Below, piece after piece: positions 38,704-51,988 of a stretch of DNA of 64,000 nt. Position 1 is the first letter of the stretch; each line of letters begins with the position of its first letter. The notes beneath the pieces are model-generated. The model saw nothing but the letters and a program-made list of their open reading frames with translations, was not told the DNA's origin and made no database searches. Position numbers and translations under genes: made by a program. The DNA is taken from assembly GCA_965644295.1 (NCBI GenBank), contig CBFFRP010000244.1:1-64000 (forward strand), written 5' to 3'. This DNA comes from Paraphysomonas bandaiensis. Taxonomy: Eukaryota > Protista > Chrysophyceae.

Positions 38704-39808
38704 ATGGAGGAAAGGAGGAATCATAGAATCATACGCATCGCTGTTCTTGTGGTCATAAGCCTGCAATCTGCCTGGTAAGTAATTAGACAAATGTGCGACT
38801 GTCTGACTCGTTGTCATCAGTCACAGCATATCGACGAATTACTCGAGAGGCATCAAGAGAGAGACGTACTCTCCCTTAGAGGTCATTGCGGTGGCAGAGA
38901 TCATGAAATTAATCGTGTCCGGAACCTTAACAGTTGTCGAAATGAAGGATACGAATCGATTTTTGACCAAACTTTATAAATTAATGAGGTTAATATTGAG
39001 CGGGAGACGTGTCGCTGTGTTAGTGATAATGTATAGCATTTCTAACGTACTACCTTTCTTCGCCATACCTATCATTGGAGCCCCCATATATTCCGTCGTC
39101 ACCCAAATGAAAATATTTTTGACTGCTGTGTTTGCCACAGTCCTGCTTGGGCGGTCGTATTCTGCAGCCAAGTGGCGGGCGCTGGCACTTTTGGTGGTGG
39201 GATGTGTGCTTGTGTCCTCTCCGATGTTTGCACCAGGATGCGAGGAGACAACTAATATTAAAGGTGATAAAGGTGGACAGGAAGATAAAAGCGTGAGCCC
39301 TGTCATGGCAGTCCTAGGACTGGCTGCTACCCTATTGCAGGCCTGTATCAGTGCACTCTCCTCCGTGTATTTCGAGGGCTTACTCAAAGATAAAGATGCC
39401 GAGCTGTCCATATGGGAGAGAAATTTTCAGTTAGCTTTCTACAGCATTGTCGTTGTGTTGCTGTCCATGTCTGCGCAGCATGTATCGGCGGCATTTCGAG
39501 GCAGAGCGCAATTGCACTCATTGAGTCTAACGTTTCCTGGTCTCTTCGAGGGATGGACCTGGCTTGCCTTACTGAATGCTACACTACTTGGCTTGGGTGG
39601 AATGCTGGTAGCGGCAACGCTGAAGTATGCTGACGCCATACTGAAGTGCTTTGCAACCGCGGTCTCAATTATTATGATCTCTGTGGCTGGACACTTTATT
39701 CTTGATAGTCGGATAGATGTGTATGTAGGAATTGGGATGATAGTTACAGTAATATCTATATTTAACTACGCGCTAGACTATGATCCCAGCGTGCTTCAGT
39801 CAAAGTAG
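38704..39808 (+). CDS. Nucleotide-sugar transporter (SLC35A-like)
   Basis: TQMKIFLTAVF, SSVYFEGLLK, SIWERNFQL, GGMLVAATLKYADAILKCFATAVSI. Intron 38775-38820. Confidence 0.9.
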
Positions 39809-39998
39809 TTTACGTGGAGTTTATAGTTTATTCTCAATATATTGCAAGTTGATTTTGAAGAGAGGTGTGTATATATGTGTATATAGTTCTATGTTGTAAT
39901 CTAAGTAACGTACTTATTACTTTCTGAGTGCTGTTTACGTGCTAGAGAAAGTTCCGAAAATATCACTCTCTATGTGTGGTGTGTATCTCACTTGAAAA

Positions 39999-42900
39999 TG
40001 TTAGCTTTGGACATTTCACTGAAGTTAACTTTGCTCTACGCGTAAACCGTAACCTTGCTGTTGAACACAATGCACTTTCAAGTAAGAAATTATGATTATT
40101 ATTCTGAACACTTCACTACATATTCGTGTAACATATGTTGAAACATCTGTTCTTATAGCAACATCTGTTTATCATATGTTCATCAGTCAGTTCTATATCT
40201 TGTATAGTCACACATCAGTAACTGAATTTAATTCCTTTGTAACTACTATAATCACCCGTTACACCTATGAGTTGACTTTACCTATAATTGCACACTGTTA
40301 ACTCACTTCAATTGCACAATATATATCACATCATATTGCAGAACTCAACACTCCCACTCAATTGGGTGTAGTTAACCATTCTAAAATTTGTGAAGAACAT
40401 TGCTATCGGATACGCAACCACCGAACCTCATAGGACACTGGTGGACGTATGACTCCGCTGGTATAGCTAGCTCCCACCATTCAGTAACACCTAACTAGGT
40501 ACGACGAGCTCTCTTTACCTTGGGTACCTCTGCGATAATTTGTTCAGTAGTCTTAAATTTTTCCCCAAGATTTCGCTCCCTCTGTTCAATGAATATTGGA
40601 CCTCTCAAAGCCTTGGTATATATATCAGCCATCTGTTGTCGACTGCTCACATGAATTAATTTCGCTGTATTAAACTGTTCGGGATCCACATGCTCTCTAA
40701 TCATATGATACTTAATCTCAATATGTTTCGATCGTTGATGTTGCACTGGATTTTCCGATATATCCTGAGCACTTTGACTATCCAGGAATAATGGTGTGGG
40801 CTCGTCAATTTTCAATCCTACTTCACCAGTCACCCCCCGAGACCATATCATTTCCTGTAATCCATTATATAAGCATTGATACTCTGCTTGCATAGTCGAT
40901 GTAGCTACAGTAGACTGAAGTTTGGAACCCCACGATAGTGGTCCACCAGCTCCAAACATAACATAACCTGAAGTTGATCTCCTCGTCAACGGATCGCCTG
41001 CCCAGTCAGCATCAGTGAACATATGAAGATCAAAATCTCTCCCTCTATAATGAATGCCTTTATCTGTAGTACCTCGTACATACTGCATTAAATACATCAG
41101 GAGCTTACATACAGTGATATTAACTTTCGTTGAGAATCGTGACAATACTCCCACTGCATATGAGATATCCGGCCTTGTATTCATAGATAAATAGAGTAAC
41201 GCTCCTAGGAGTGGACGATAGGGAAAATTATCAACTAACTTCTGCTCCTCAGCTGAATGCACATGTTCCACTCCCACTTTGACATCACTAGGTAGTGGGT
41301 ATAGCCGCGTCTTGTCCCTTGCACCCAGAAAATCCACATACTTCACCAATATCTTTTTGATGAACACTGTCTGGTCAAGTTTGAGACAATTCGGAGTTCT
41401 CGTCACTCTCACGTTCAAAAAACTGGCCACTCTCATTCATATCTGTAATATCAAACCTTTCACATACTCGTCGCTTAATTTCCAAAATAATATTCGTATC
41501 TCGACATGCTCTCAGCATATTATCATCATGACTGTGGTGAGCTTCGAAGACCATATAAACTTTTCTTCAGTTTAAAGCAATATCCTGGTGGCAATTTGAA
41601 ATCTGCTGGTGTTGCATACTTATACACACATCTCCTTTTATATCTGCATATACAAGAATGCATTAGATACGTCGAGTTGATGCACCACCATATTCATAAC
41701 AAACGCGATAGCTAATAGCAATCTTACTGTTACCGCTTTTACCACTGGAGTATAATTGTTGGCTCTACCAACCTCATGGCCTCCGCATCCAAGTACCACA
41801 AGTCTTGCTTTCTATCGTGGAATCGCACCCTCCTTGTTGCGTTTCAAAGCAAAGACATACTCAGGATTCCAATTGCAGTGACACTGGGGTAGGGATGATG
41901 GGCTTAACTTCCATTACTTCCCTTCGTTCCAGTCTGTCACGCTCAGCCTGTCTTGCTGTCAATGGAGTGACACTGGGGTAGGTATGGGCTTAACTTCCAT
42001 TACTTCCCTTCGTTCCAGTTCGTCACATTCAGCCTGGCTGAACTCCATTGCTTCCGTTCCGGCAACTCCAAGGATTCGGAATATGTCTGAGGCACCTTAG
42101 GTCCCGCTGACGAGCACCAGATGGAATCTGCCTCCTCTAGTAGGCTGCACTCCACTTCGTCACACGAAGGTAATACGTGCTTCTCCCCTACTACTGACAC
42201 ATTCGTCACCACCCTTGGAGCCCTTGTGCGCCTGCCCCTAGTTGAGCGATCTGATGGAGCTTCCTCTCCCGGAGCACTTACGAAGTCAGAAGGGGATGGA
42301 ACCGTCCCAGTCAACTGCTGTAATAAATGTCCGCTGGTCCCGTCGTCACGAGATCCAGAACTAGCAGATACTCTTGTCACAAGGTCTTCACTCATCCGCG
42401 ATGATGTGAATAGGAGTCTTAACTTCCAGTTGCTCCTCACCACCTGACATCAGGGATCTATATCCCACAGTTAGACCTCTTTCCGAATCTATATTCGCGT
42501 GGTCTTGTTGTACAGTTGGCCGCCATCTTCACATGGGTTTTGTCGATAACACTCCTCCCTGAGGAACCACTGCCACCGTGGCTTAGTCCATTTCTCGGTA
42601 GTAATCAGCCGATCTCTAGGGCACTGATACATCAAACAGGACATGAACAGACGTGACTATTGTATCTCCTACTATCAACACTTGATACCCCATCTGCTCG
42701 TTGGGAAACACACAAAATATCCTGTTTGTGCCTTTTCCTCCCAGACTTTCCGTCTATCGGCCTTCGGGACTAATACATACGCCTTGCACCCCCATTTCCT
42801 CTCAACCAGGATAACTCGGGCACCTTTCCTCCCAGGAACACACTCATAAGGCAACATCCACTAACTTTACTGTCCTCCTTGGCATTTTCCTCCATTACAT

Positions 42901-44180
42901 GATGGCATGATGACGTAATAATAGGCTAATTCAAAACGTCATAATATTATATAGTGCCTCCCATGGCATTCCTCCATGCTCATCATAGTCTCCAGCCAGC
43001 ACCTCTCTACCAGTGTTTAACTCTACAATTCTCGGTACTCTAAGTAGTTCCAATCCACACACCAGTGCCCGCAGCATTCCGCCTGAGACAATATTCTTCA
43101 CCGCATCTTCACATACTTTGATGCCTTCTCTTTTGCCAGTGTTGAAAGCTTCCTACTCCTTGAGTCTCCATTGCTGACCCCTTCTTCGTCAGAGATATGA
43201 CTCCTGGCTCTGCTTCATATTTCTCTAGCACTCTATGATCTTTAACAACAATGAATAGCTGCTTTCCGGCACAACTGCCTAGATACACTCGTTGGTCTAC
43301 TGTTTCAGTCATAAGCACTTCACCATCTATCATATTGGACTCCCCTCCAGATGAGACATCATCATCTTCATATTAGCACCATTCCGCCGATGAACTCTGT
43401 CTCTGTCTCTGTTCATGTGTATGTTCAGCACTCCTGCTCGTTAACTATGAACAGCTGCACTGCTCTGCTGCTCTGCTCAGTGTACAAGGCAGTTTTAGTA
43501 GAAAATACATTTCAGCCTATCAATCTCTATTTCGACCATATCATTGGCCAATATTTACAAGCTGGTATTTCGCTGTAGTCTTTTGGAGTACTACTCCCAA
43601 CTCACTCCTAGACCTATCCACCAGCGTTTGAAGCATATGATTGGACAAAACCTCCTTATTCGGATCATCGTCTGGTAGTCGCCTCCATGTATCGGCTGGC
43701 ACCCTCCAATACATCTGCGTCATGTTCACATGCCTCCCAAATCGTTACAACACACGTGTCGTTTCACTTGTCAAACTTCAGCACCTTGCTGTCCTCCTCC
43801 GCCTCATCAGAACTACCATCCGCTACCATGTTAGCTTTGGACATTTCACTGAAGTTAACTTTGCTCTACGCGTAAACCGTAACCTTGCTGTTGAACACAA
43901 TGCACTTTCAAGTAAGAAATTATGATTATTATTCTGAACACTTCACTACATATTCGTGTAACATATGTTGAAACATCTGTTCTTATAGCAACATCTGTTT
44001 ATCATATGTTCATCAGTCAGTTCTATATCTTGTATAGTCACACATCAGTAACTGAATTTAATTCCTTTGTAACTACTATAATCACCCGTTACACCTATGA
44101 GTTGACTTTACCTATAATTGCACACTGTTAACTCACTTCAATTGCACAATATATATCACATCATATTGCAGAACTCAACA
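39999..44180 (-). mobile_element. Ty1/copia LTR retrotransposon, defective interior
   Basis: 352-bp LTRs at 39999-40350 and 43829-44180 (TG...CA), TSD GAAAA/GAAAA, PBS TGGTAGCGGATGG next to the 5' LTR, and PPT TGAGTGGGAG. The RT-end/RNase H ORF 40495-41436 has TRPDISYAV, DADWAG, RRSTSGY and RSKHIEIKYH. An integrase relic WGCKAYV lies at ~42780. Confidence 0.95.
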
Positions 44181-44488
44181 GAAAACAAATATATATATTT
44201 CAAATAAAGTAAAATCTTGTGGACAATAAATTTGATAATGAAATGAATAATGATTCTGACTCGGATTCTTTTACAATGTCAGAATATAGTATTAATGTTG
44301 TTTATTGTTTTCCAAATGATATTAATGCTTTGAAAGAATTGGCAAAACGTTTGAGTTCTACTGAGTTTAATGATACAATAGTAATAAAAAAATCTATACG
44401 TTTTGACCAGCTGTGAAGAATTTTATCATAGGAAAAGAAGATTATGAAACCTAACAATAATAATTATGATAAGTAACTTCTAATTATG

Positions 44489-45150
44489 TGTTGAGTTTTG
44501 CTGTTTAAGCAATTAAAAGCTGTAATTCTAGGATATTGGAAGTATGACGGTTACTGGAGAATACAGTAGTGGTTAACTGCATTATGAGAAATAATGAGAA
44601 CTGAATATATATTGACCATACGAGAAGATAGTGACGATATATGATCGATCGTACTAGAAATGAGTGGTAGTAGAGATAACGTGATATATTGTTTATTATA
44701 TTTATTATAATCTTCTCTTATCTTAACTTGATTAATGAGTGAATACACGTCCAGTTAACTTAGTAAATCATCCAATTGTGTCATATCTTGACAATCAGTG
44801 TCACTTATATTTATATCAATTACAATGCACAGATATAACAACATGCGGCGACCTCACACACAAAACAACATACTCAAATGATTGGTTGCGAATCCAAAAC
44901 GTATCTTGAAAGGATTTGAAGTTCGTTCGATATATCATAGCTGTATTATCAGAAGTAATGAGAACTGAATATATATTGACATACAAGAAGATAGTGACGA
45001 TATAAGATCGTACTAGAAATGAGTGGTAGTAGAGATAACGTGTTTTTTGTTATTTTATTTATTATAATCTTCCCTCATCTTAACTTGTTTAATGAGTAAA
45101 TACACGTCCAGTTAACGTAGTAAATCATCCAATTGTGTCATAACTTGACA
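44489..45150. mobile_element. Family-2 LTR relic: full LTR 44489-44793, ~145-bp spacer, 5'-truncated LTR ~44940-45150
   Basis: Both LTR copies end CTTGACA. Outer flanks are TTATG / CTATG (4/5 TSD). Homologous to 36527-36796. Confidence 0.7.
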
Positions 45151-45652
45151 CTATGGCATCAGAAGGTCAGAAGGTAATTAAATATTTTCAAACTACTAGT
45201 CGTGTAAACAGACATTCTAAAATGGCGAAGTGGCTAGTAACTGATTGAATTGATAGACTTCAATGCAATGGTATGATTACTAGATATTTGTCACAAGGAT
45301 CTTCCAGGGTTGACGGAGCCGCTAATTGAATTGTGTGGTCAGTCACGCACCGTGGTAGGTGGTAGTATAGTAGTATACCACTGGTACATCTTGTAGCCTT
45401 CAAACGGTCGTAAGCTTCATCTAGCTACTGCGAAATAATTAAGCATTAAGTAATAGTTCGACAAGAGCATGTATTCCTTGTTCCATATAGACGAATTGTA
45501 GGTTGTAGGGGGGTATGTTTGCAGTTGGAAAGCTCGTAAATGCAATGTGCCAGTGGGAAACTGTATGTATTATAGGAAACACACAAAGTAAATACCTACT
45601 AAAAATCGTATGTATACATCTCACACTACGCTTCCATTCACATTAATATATG

Positions 45653-47198
45653 CTAATCAGTATTAGAACTCATATCATCATCTTGCTGTCCTACTGTATC
45701 GTTCTTGTCAATGTCGTCGATTCGATTATGTAAATCTACAGACTTGGTGCTGTCATCTGACTCCACAATATTGGGGCCAACATGACTTTCCGGTACTACT
45801 ACGTCGTCGACGGACTTATCTCCAACAGCATCTACATCAAAGAGTATGGGAAGTTGATTTTGTGTACTATTTCTCCTCCGCCTTTGCGAAGCGATGTCAT
45901 CGTTTTCTTTAGAGAGCGTCGAAGTAGCAGAATTCAACCAGTTCCCAGTAGCAGTACCAATATCTATTGGCAGCTGAATGTCCTTAAAAGTTCCTCTTCG
46001 AGTAGGTGCATTACTATCCCCAGAATGTGATCTACCACTTGTTCCCTCTTTCTTAGAGAAGAACGAGCCAGATAACAGCGGCCTAATACCATCGGAGAGA
46101 CCTCCGGCTGCATGCTTCAAGAGCCCTCGTATAGGTCGAGACTCCTCGTTGATTCGGTCCTCACCCTCTACTGGGGGAGATAGTAGGGGGAGGTTGCATC
46201 TGCAAGTGGAGTACTTTGGCCCTTCAACTGTCCCACCGCATCGGAAGCACGTCGGCACCATATAAGTGGTAGTGGCGGAGGTATCCGGCTCTCCGGTGGG
46301 GAGGCTCCATACATCTAACAGAGTTCCCCTAGTGGTATTAACAGTGGGAACATCAGGTGGAAGAGAAGGTTTGCTATTCTCCGAAATTTGTTCATCACAC
46401 AAATCTCCAGCTTCAGGTGGTACCGGATTCGATACTTCTTCACTTCCGACGTCACTTACCATGAACTGTCTCGCTTTGCTGGCAGTATTAAGACAATCGT
46501 TAGATTTCTGTATGGTTGTTTCAGCTATTAATCTTTCACTCTCACAAGAAATGCCATCAATGTTTCTCTGTAGAACTTGACAAAGACTGACTACACAATC
46601 TTCTAGTCTCACATTTGACTCCGTCAATCGATTTGTATTCTCCTCCAGATCAGATATTCGCGATCGAAGAGATTTGACCTCCTTGATCAACAGGCGTTGT
46701 TGTTCTGCTGCTTGGGTGACTTTATCATCCAGGCGAGCCTTTCGAGAACGCAGCGAATTTATCTTTTCCGTGGCATCAGTTTGTAACTATCACACAACAT
46801 GTAAGCTCATTTGGAAATTAAGCGGAAAGATAGACCTTTTCGGCATAGCTTTCTATACTTTTCCTGGTTTCTCGCTCTTCTTCCAACAATTTCTCTAATT
46901 CTCGAATGTATGCAGACTGTAATAGACATAAAACACGATCATATGATAGTGCGTGCATGACCTGATCGTCCGGCGTGGGTGTCTCTGGTGCCTCTGTGTC
47001 GGAGGGATTCAGGTCACTGACTATCTGTGTAAGAGTTCTTCCTAGCTGCGCGACTGCAGATAGTTCACTCTTATCTATCTGAGTGGTGTGATCTACCTCC
47101 TGTTCACTGGTCAGTGGATCATGCAGTGGGAGGGAGTCAGTTACCTGCAGACTGTTTATAGCCTCCTGAAGAGAACGAGCAGCCGCTTCCACCTGCAT
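45653..47198 (-). CDS. Uncharacterised coiled-coil protein with a CxxC-x12-CxC putative Zn ribbon and acidic disordered tail
   Basis: Two long ORFs joined by a GT-AG intron (~46787-46835). Heptad region ELEKLLEEERE...RISDLEENTNRL; motif CFRCGGTVEGPKYSTCRC. Confidence 0.72.
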
Positions 47199-47461
47199 AT
47201 CAGACGACGGACTGCACTATGAAATCTTGTGTTGAACAATTATACGGCTGGGCTGGTGTTTAATGTATGAGTTTGACGAGCAAACGGAGTATATATATGC
47301 GTGCATACAGCAGCATACAGCATACAGCATACAGCATACAGCAGTATAGGCGTCTCCTACACACGTGCACCATATCTATGGAATGTGCTGTGTAGAACTG
47401 TATTGTAATGCTGTATGTAGGTATACCATGCCACAGGATTCTATTCTTCCATAGCTGTACG

Positions 47462-47558
47462 GTACGTATAAAACAGTATAAGACGGTATACGCCGTATAG
47501 TCCAACTGTGTACGTATAAAACAGTATAAGACGGTATACGCCGTATAGTCCAACTGTG
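47462..47558. repeat. Perfect 48-bp tandem duplication in a bidirectional spacer, next to (CAGCATA)n at ~47308-47343
   Basis: gtacgtataaaacagtataagacggtatacgccgtatagtccaactgt x2. Confidence 0.9.
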
Positions 47559-47794
47559 TGGGAGATGAGAATACAACTTATACAGCACTGTATACAGCAT
47601 ATAATCGGCAGTTACACGATGTCTGTATGAGAGTGGACACTACGCTGCTGTATAGTCACAGTATAGCCTGCAGATGTAGGTGTCCAGTGCAGTGGGGGCG
47701 ACATACACACACATACATACACATCGAGAGATCGGGACCCACTTCAGCACTGAACTTAACGTCCGCATACATCTCATCTTAACAAATCAAAGAG

Positions 47795-50122
47795 ATGGAC
47801 GACATAAAAGATATCATTGGTACTATAGTGAGGGGGTGTGCGCAGGGCGGAGTCGTAGTCTCTGAGGTGCTTGCTGCCTTTGTTGCTCGTACGGTAATAC
47901 ACACACACGTATATATATACATACACACTGCTAACGTGCCTTTAGATCGTGGAATCAAGCACAGACTCCTTTGCTCTTGATCGTGCGCTCACTTCTGAGG
48001 CGAAAGATGAGGTTATCATTCAGAGCATCGAGAAGCTGTTGGAGAAAGACAGTCCGCAGCTTGAGACTATGAAGATGCAGGTAAATACACTCATTGCGGT
48101 CGTTGTCGATACTATTTTTATATTAACTCTTTACAGGTTGACTTTGATTGTTCATTTTTAGAAGAAGACGCTGAGTTCCAAAAAACTATACGACTTCACA
48201 AAAAAGTTGTGTCCACAGCAAGGGCGAACATTGCCGAATTAGAAATGCAAGACGCGAATGACTTTGAAGCACTGACGACATTGTACCGCAAAATATTTCG
48301 ATTTCTTTTAGAATTTGTGCCGACAGAAAAATCTATACAGGACCGGGCCATCGAGAGGGAGGTGGCTGCAGCGTTAGAGAGCGTGTTTCCTAGGATTGGT
48401 CTAAAGGCGTTTGTGCAACTCTCTTACGAAGAAAAGAACGCGCAACTGATGGAACTTGCCCGCATTGTATTTGGCATTCGTCTTTTTAATCGCCATCAAG
48501 ATAGAGGGGGGGCTGGTATCGATAATATTGATTCGAAATGTCCGGAATTAGCTGGAAGTATTGATCGCGAAATTCGAAAAGAAGCCGAATCTGTATCAAA
48601 TTTGTGCAGTAAGTATCAGGAAATCATTGTGAAAACGCATTTGCAACGACGTCGTCTTGAAATGAAAGCGAGAGAGAAGATTAACGGTAGAATAAACGAT
48701 TGCAAAGACGAAGATATTAAGGGTGATGATAGCGTGGATGATGTGGAGATGGAAGACGAAGAAGTGGGTGACTGGCTGTTGGAGCGATGGTCACATGAGC
48801 TGGCTAATAGACGTCAGTATCTCGCATTTCTCAGAAGTTTGCAGGAAGAAGTGGGTGCTAGTGTGGCAAAGATCACTGATTTGATAGATACAATTCAGGA
48901 CGAATTGATCAACCTGAGTGGCTTGGTGGGGGGCCGGGCGTCGGTCGCGAAGGAGCAAGTTTACCCACGATTTGATGCTCTTGCCAGTACGTGGTTGACT
49001 CTTTGGGAAGAATATAACCTTTTGAGGGCCAGGAATAACACCTACATGAAATTAAAACTCTATCGATCATCCTATGTCTGTGCATTGACGGAACGCATGT
49101 ATTCCACATTGGGAAGAATCATGGACTTGAAGGGAGATGTTGTGTCACTCGCTGCTGCAAAGAGTGGTGCATATGATGATGAAAAAGCCACTATGACACC
49201 ATTGGACAAGAAGCATAGCATTGAAGATAAATCTGGCAATAAAGGTGGTATGTCAAAGGTAGATGACGAAGACAACGACGGGGATGGTGGACCTGACGAC
49301 ATGACTGCTGAAGCAAAGACTGACAGTGCAAACAATGAATCTTCTATTCCGAGGGTTTACAATGATCGAGATATTGTACTGGAGACCATGTCAGCCAAAG
49401 GTGCTGCTCTACTTTCTGTACACGATACTCCCGATTTTATGCAGCTACCTCTTGAGTTACAAGGGTTCTGTCCATGGACAATGGTGCACGCCAACGGCCT
49501 ATTGGTTCCAGGAAAACCTGCTCTTGGAGTAATTCGATATGAAAATTTATACTACGTTTGCGAACATAAAGTCGCCATAAAAGCCTTTATGGATGATCCT
49601 GCTTATCATATAAAGAAAATCAAAGAAACTGCTCAAAAGAGTCCTGAATATATTCATTTGCTACGACTTCAAAACTACTTTCCTTCAGCCTCCATTGCTC
49701 GCCTCGTCGAAAGACCGGACTTTGATGCGCAAAGTGGAAGCAAACCAACGACCAAAGATGCTAGCACAGGAACTCCTACCCATTTCATTGAGAAGAGAAT
49801 TGATCCTCATTATCATTGGAATGAGTGGGTATTGCGCCAGCGGGTGTTGAAAGTTGTAAATTTGAAAAATTGTCGCACTGTTGGACAACAAACAGATCAA
49901 TCACATTTCAAGCGCGACAGCGAAACTCAAGTGTATTTGCCACGGGCGAAAGAAACTCAGACTAAACGTGACCGAGGAACTAACCCAGCTACTAAGTCGG
50001 TGTATATAACTGGACTGCGAGGAAAGCTATCAGAAGATGCCAAGGCTGTTTCCAGATACATTTCTCCTGATGTTAGCAACAAGGAAAGAGTTCGTGCAGT
50101 TACCCTCACTTTGGATCCATAA
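47795..50122 (+). CDS. CFAP206: Cilia- and flagella-associated protein 206
   Basis: VSEVLAAFVART, REVAAALESVFP, GIRLFN, ELANRRQY, KEQVYPRF, LELQGFCP, TGTPTHF, YHWNEW, QTDQSHFKRD. Introns ~47894-47945 and 48081-48136. Confidence 0.92.
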
Positions 50123-50484
50123 TTCTTTACTGGAAAATGTTTTCAATGAAATGTTTAAATGAAATTAGCATGAGCCGGATGTTATTGAAGCCTAGAATTT
50201 AGTTGTTCGGCAGTGTGCCCACTTCTGTAGTAGTAGTAGGGGCTGTAGTATGAAAACGTATTAATAATTATATGAGTTTATGTTTTATACATTGGCCTTC
50301 GAAATGTAATTTTTAGTAGATCCTTATAAGCTTCAATGGATAGAGCGTCTGATCACAACTGCATACTTAGAACTAGCGAATATGTACTGTTCGACATGTT
50401 AATCGCTTATGAAACAATACTTCAATACAGTTGTAGTGAGTTGACACATTTGTAGTCCCTAATGACAAATTCAATCTAATTGAG

Positions 50485-51988
50485 AAGGGCTTGGTAACCA
50501 TTAGTGACCCATTTATGAGTGCCCAGTTTCTGGCAATTACAATGGCAACTAAAATGACCACTAATACCGAACTAGATAATAATTGCTCAAATATTTTTTA
50601 TGAATGTTTTTGAGTTCAAATGCGATGCATATTTCCAATGATTTTTAGAATTTTTGGGCATGGTTGGGGCCATTGGCCTCTTATCAGCATTGAAGGATCA
50701 ATTCTTTCGTTAGAATGAGAAAAAAAGCGTGATGATTATCATCACTACACGTAACAGAGTCATTGATAAATTTGATTCGATATGATGAAGAAAAGTAAGT
50801 AAAAGTATGAAATTTTCAAGTAGTATATATCATAATGTGAATGGATGGAAGATAAATAATACGATGACATATATGGTAGTCACTTATGCCGTTATATTTG
50901 TTCTATATTGTGAGCTATTACTACTTTACCTGATATATATATATGTCGCACATAAAACAATTAAAGTGTTTATTGCAATTGAATGTCTTATTATTAGCAA
51001 TAGGAGTTTAAGATTTAGTGCTTAACTCTGATATCCTATTGTGCGTCACCTCAACCACTTTCGCCCTATCACTCAAAGCAAATGCAGCGAGCAGGAGAAG
51101 AATGTCGACAAACCTGACATCTTCTGACTTCTAGATTTTTGAGTCCTTAAGGTGAACAGCCTGGATGCTTGACTTTAGTAGAGGCAGCCCAACAATATCC
51201 CGGATGCCTATTTATTTGTCAAGGCCCAAAGACGTCTACACAAATGAAACGTATTTGTGTCCCTTGTACCACACAAGTATTTGGCTATGAGTGGGCAGAA
51301 CAATATCTGCTACTATATATATGCAACTCACGTTAGTTTCCCGGAGAAATATCTCCGGTACTTGTTCCCCAGAACACCACGAAGAGAGGCGAGTCCAACT
51401 TTGTGGAGGGTAAAGTTATGTACTTTTAAGTAAGAAATTATAATTATTAATTTAAGCACTTCACAGCTTATTCGTGTAACTCACGGCGAACACCTGTTCT
51501 CAGCAACATGTGTTTATCATATATATGTTGAGGCTTACTATAGCAAACACCACGAAGCAGGAACTTCAATTTGTCGAGTGTGTTGTTGCTCACAAATCTA
51601 TTTTCTAACTCTTATATATATATATGGCAATAAGTTTGCCTCTGATAATGCGAATGCTTCCACGAAGTAGCTGTAGAGTTGCATGAACATTGTTTAGAGT
51701 TTCTTTGGAGAATAAAGGAGATACTATATATATCGTTACAATTTAATACACTTAATACTATATAACATGTATCAAGTACCAGTAATTATATACTAATATT
51801 TTGTAATTTAATCATTATAATTGGACTTGAAAATATTATTATATTTTACTTTAGCTAGCAATATATTGTCGACTGGCCCTGGTAATTACCACTAATGGGT
51901 GCCCAGTTACCGGAAATAATGGCTTTACTATTAATTGTAATTAATCACATCGATTGTAATTAATTGTATTACTATTAATCAGACCCTG
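50485..51988 (-). mobile_element. Non-autonomous hAT element (inverted relative to 26145-27851) carrying unrelated inserts
   Basis: Left end AAGGGCTTGGTAACCATTAG, right end GACCCTG, flanks TAATTGAG / TAATAGAG (7/8). 51540-51790 is the reverse complement of the family interior. A second TIR-like GGCCCTG lies at 51875-51881. Confidence 0.7.

Noticed and set aside
40092-44131. Identical 69-aa ORFs at 40092 and 43922
   Set aside because: Incidental frames within the two LTRs.
47462-47558. Direct repeats resembling a CRISPR array
   Set aside because: Only two adjacent units with no spacers, in a eukaryotic context without cas genes.
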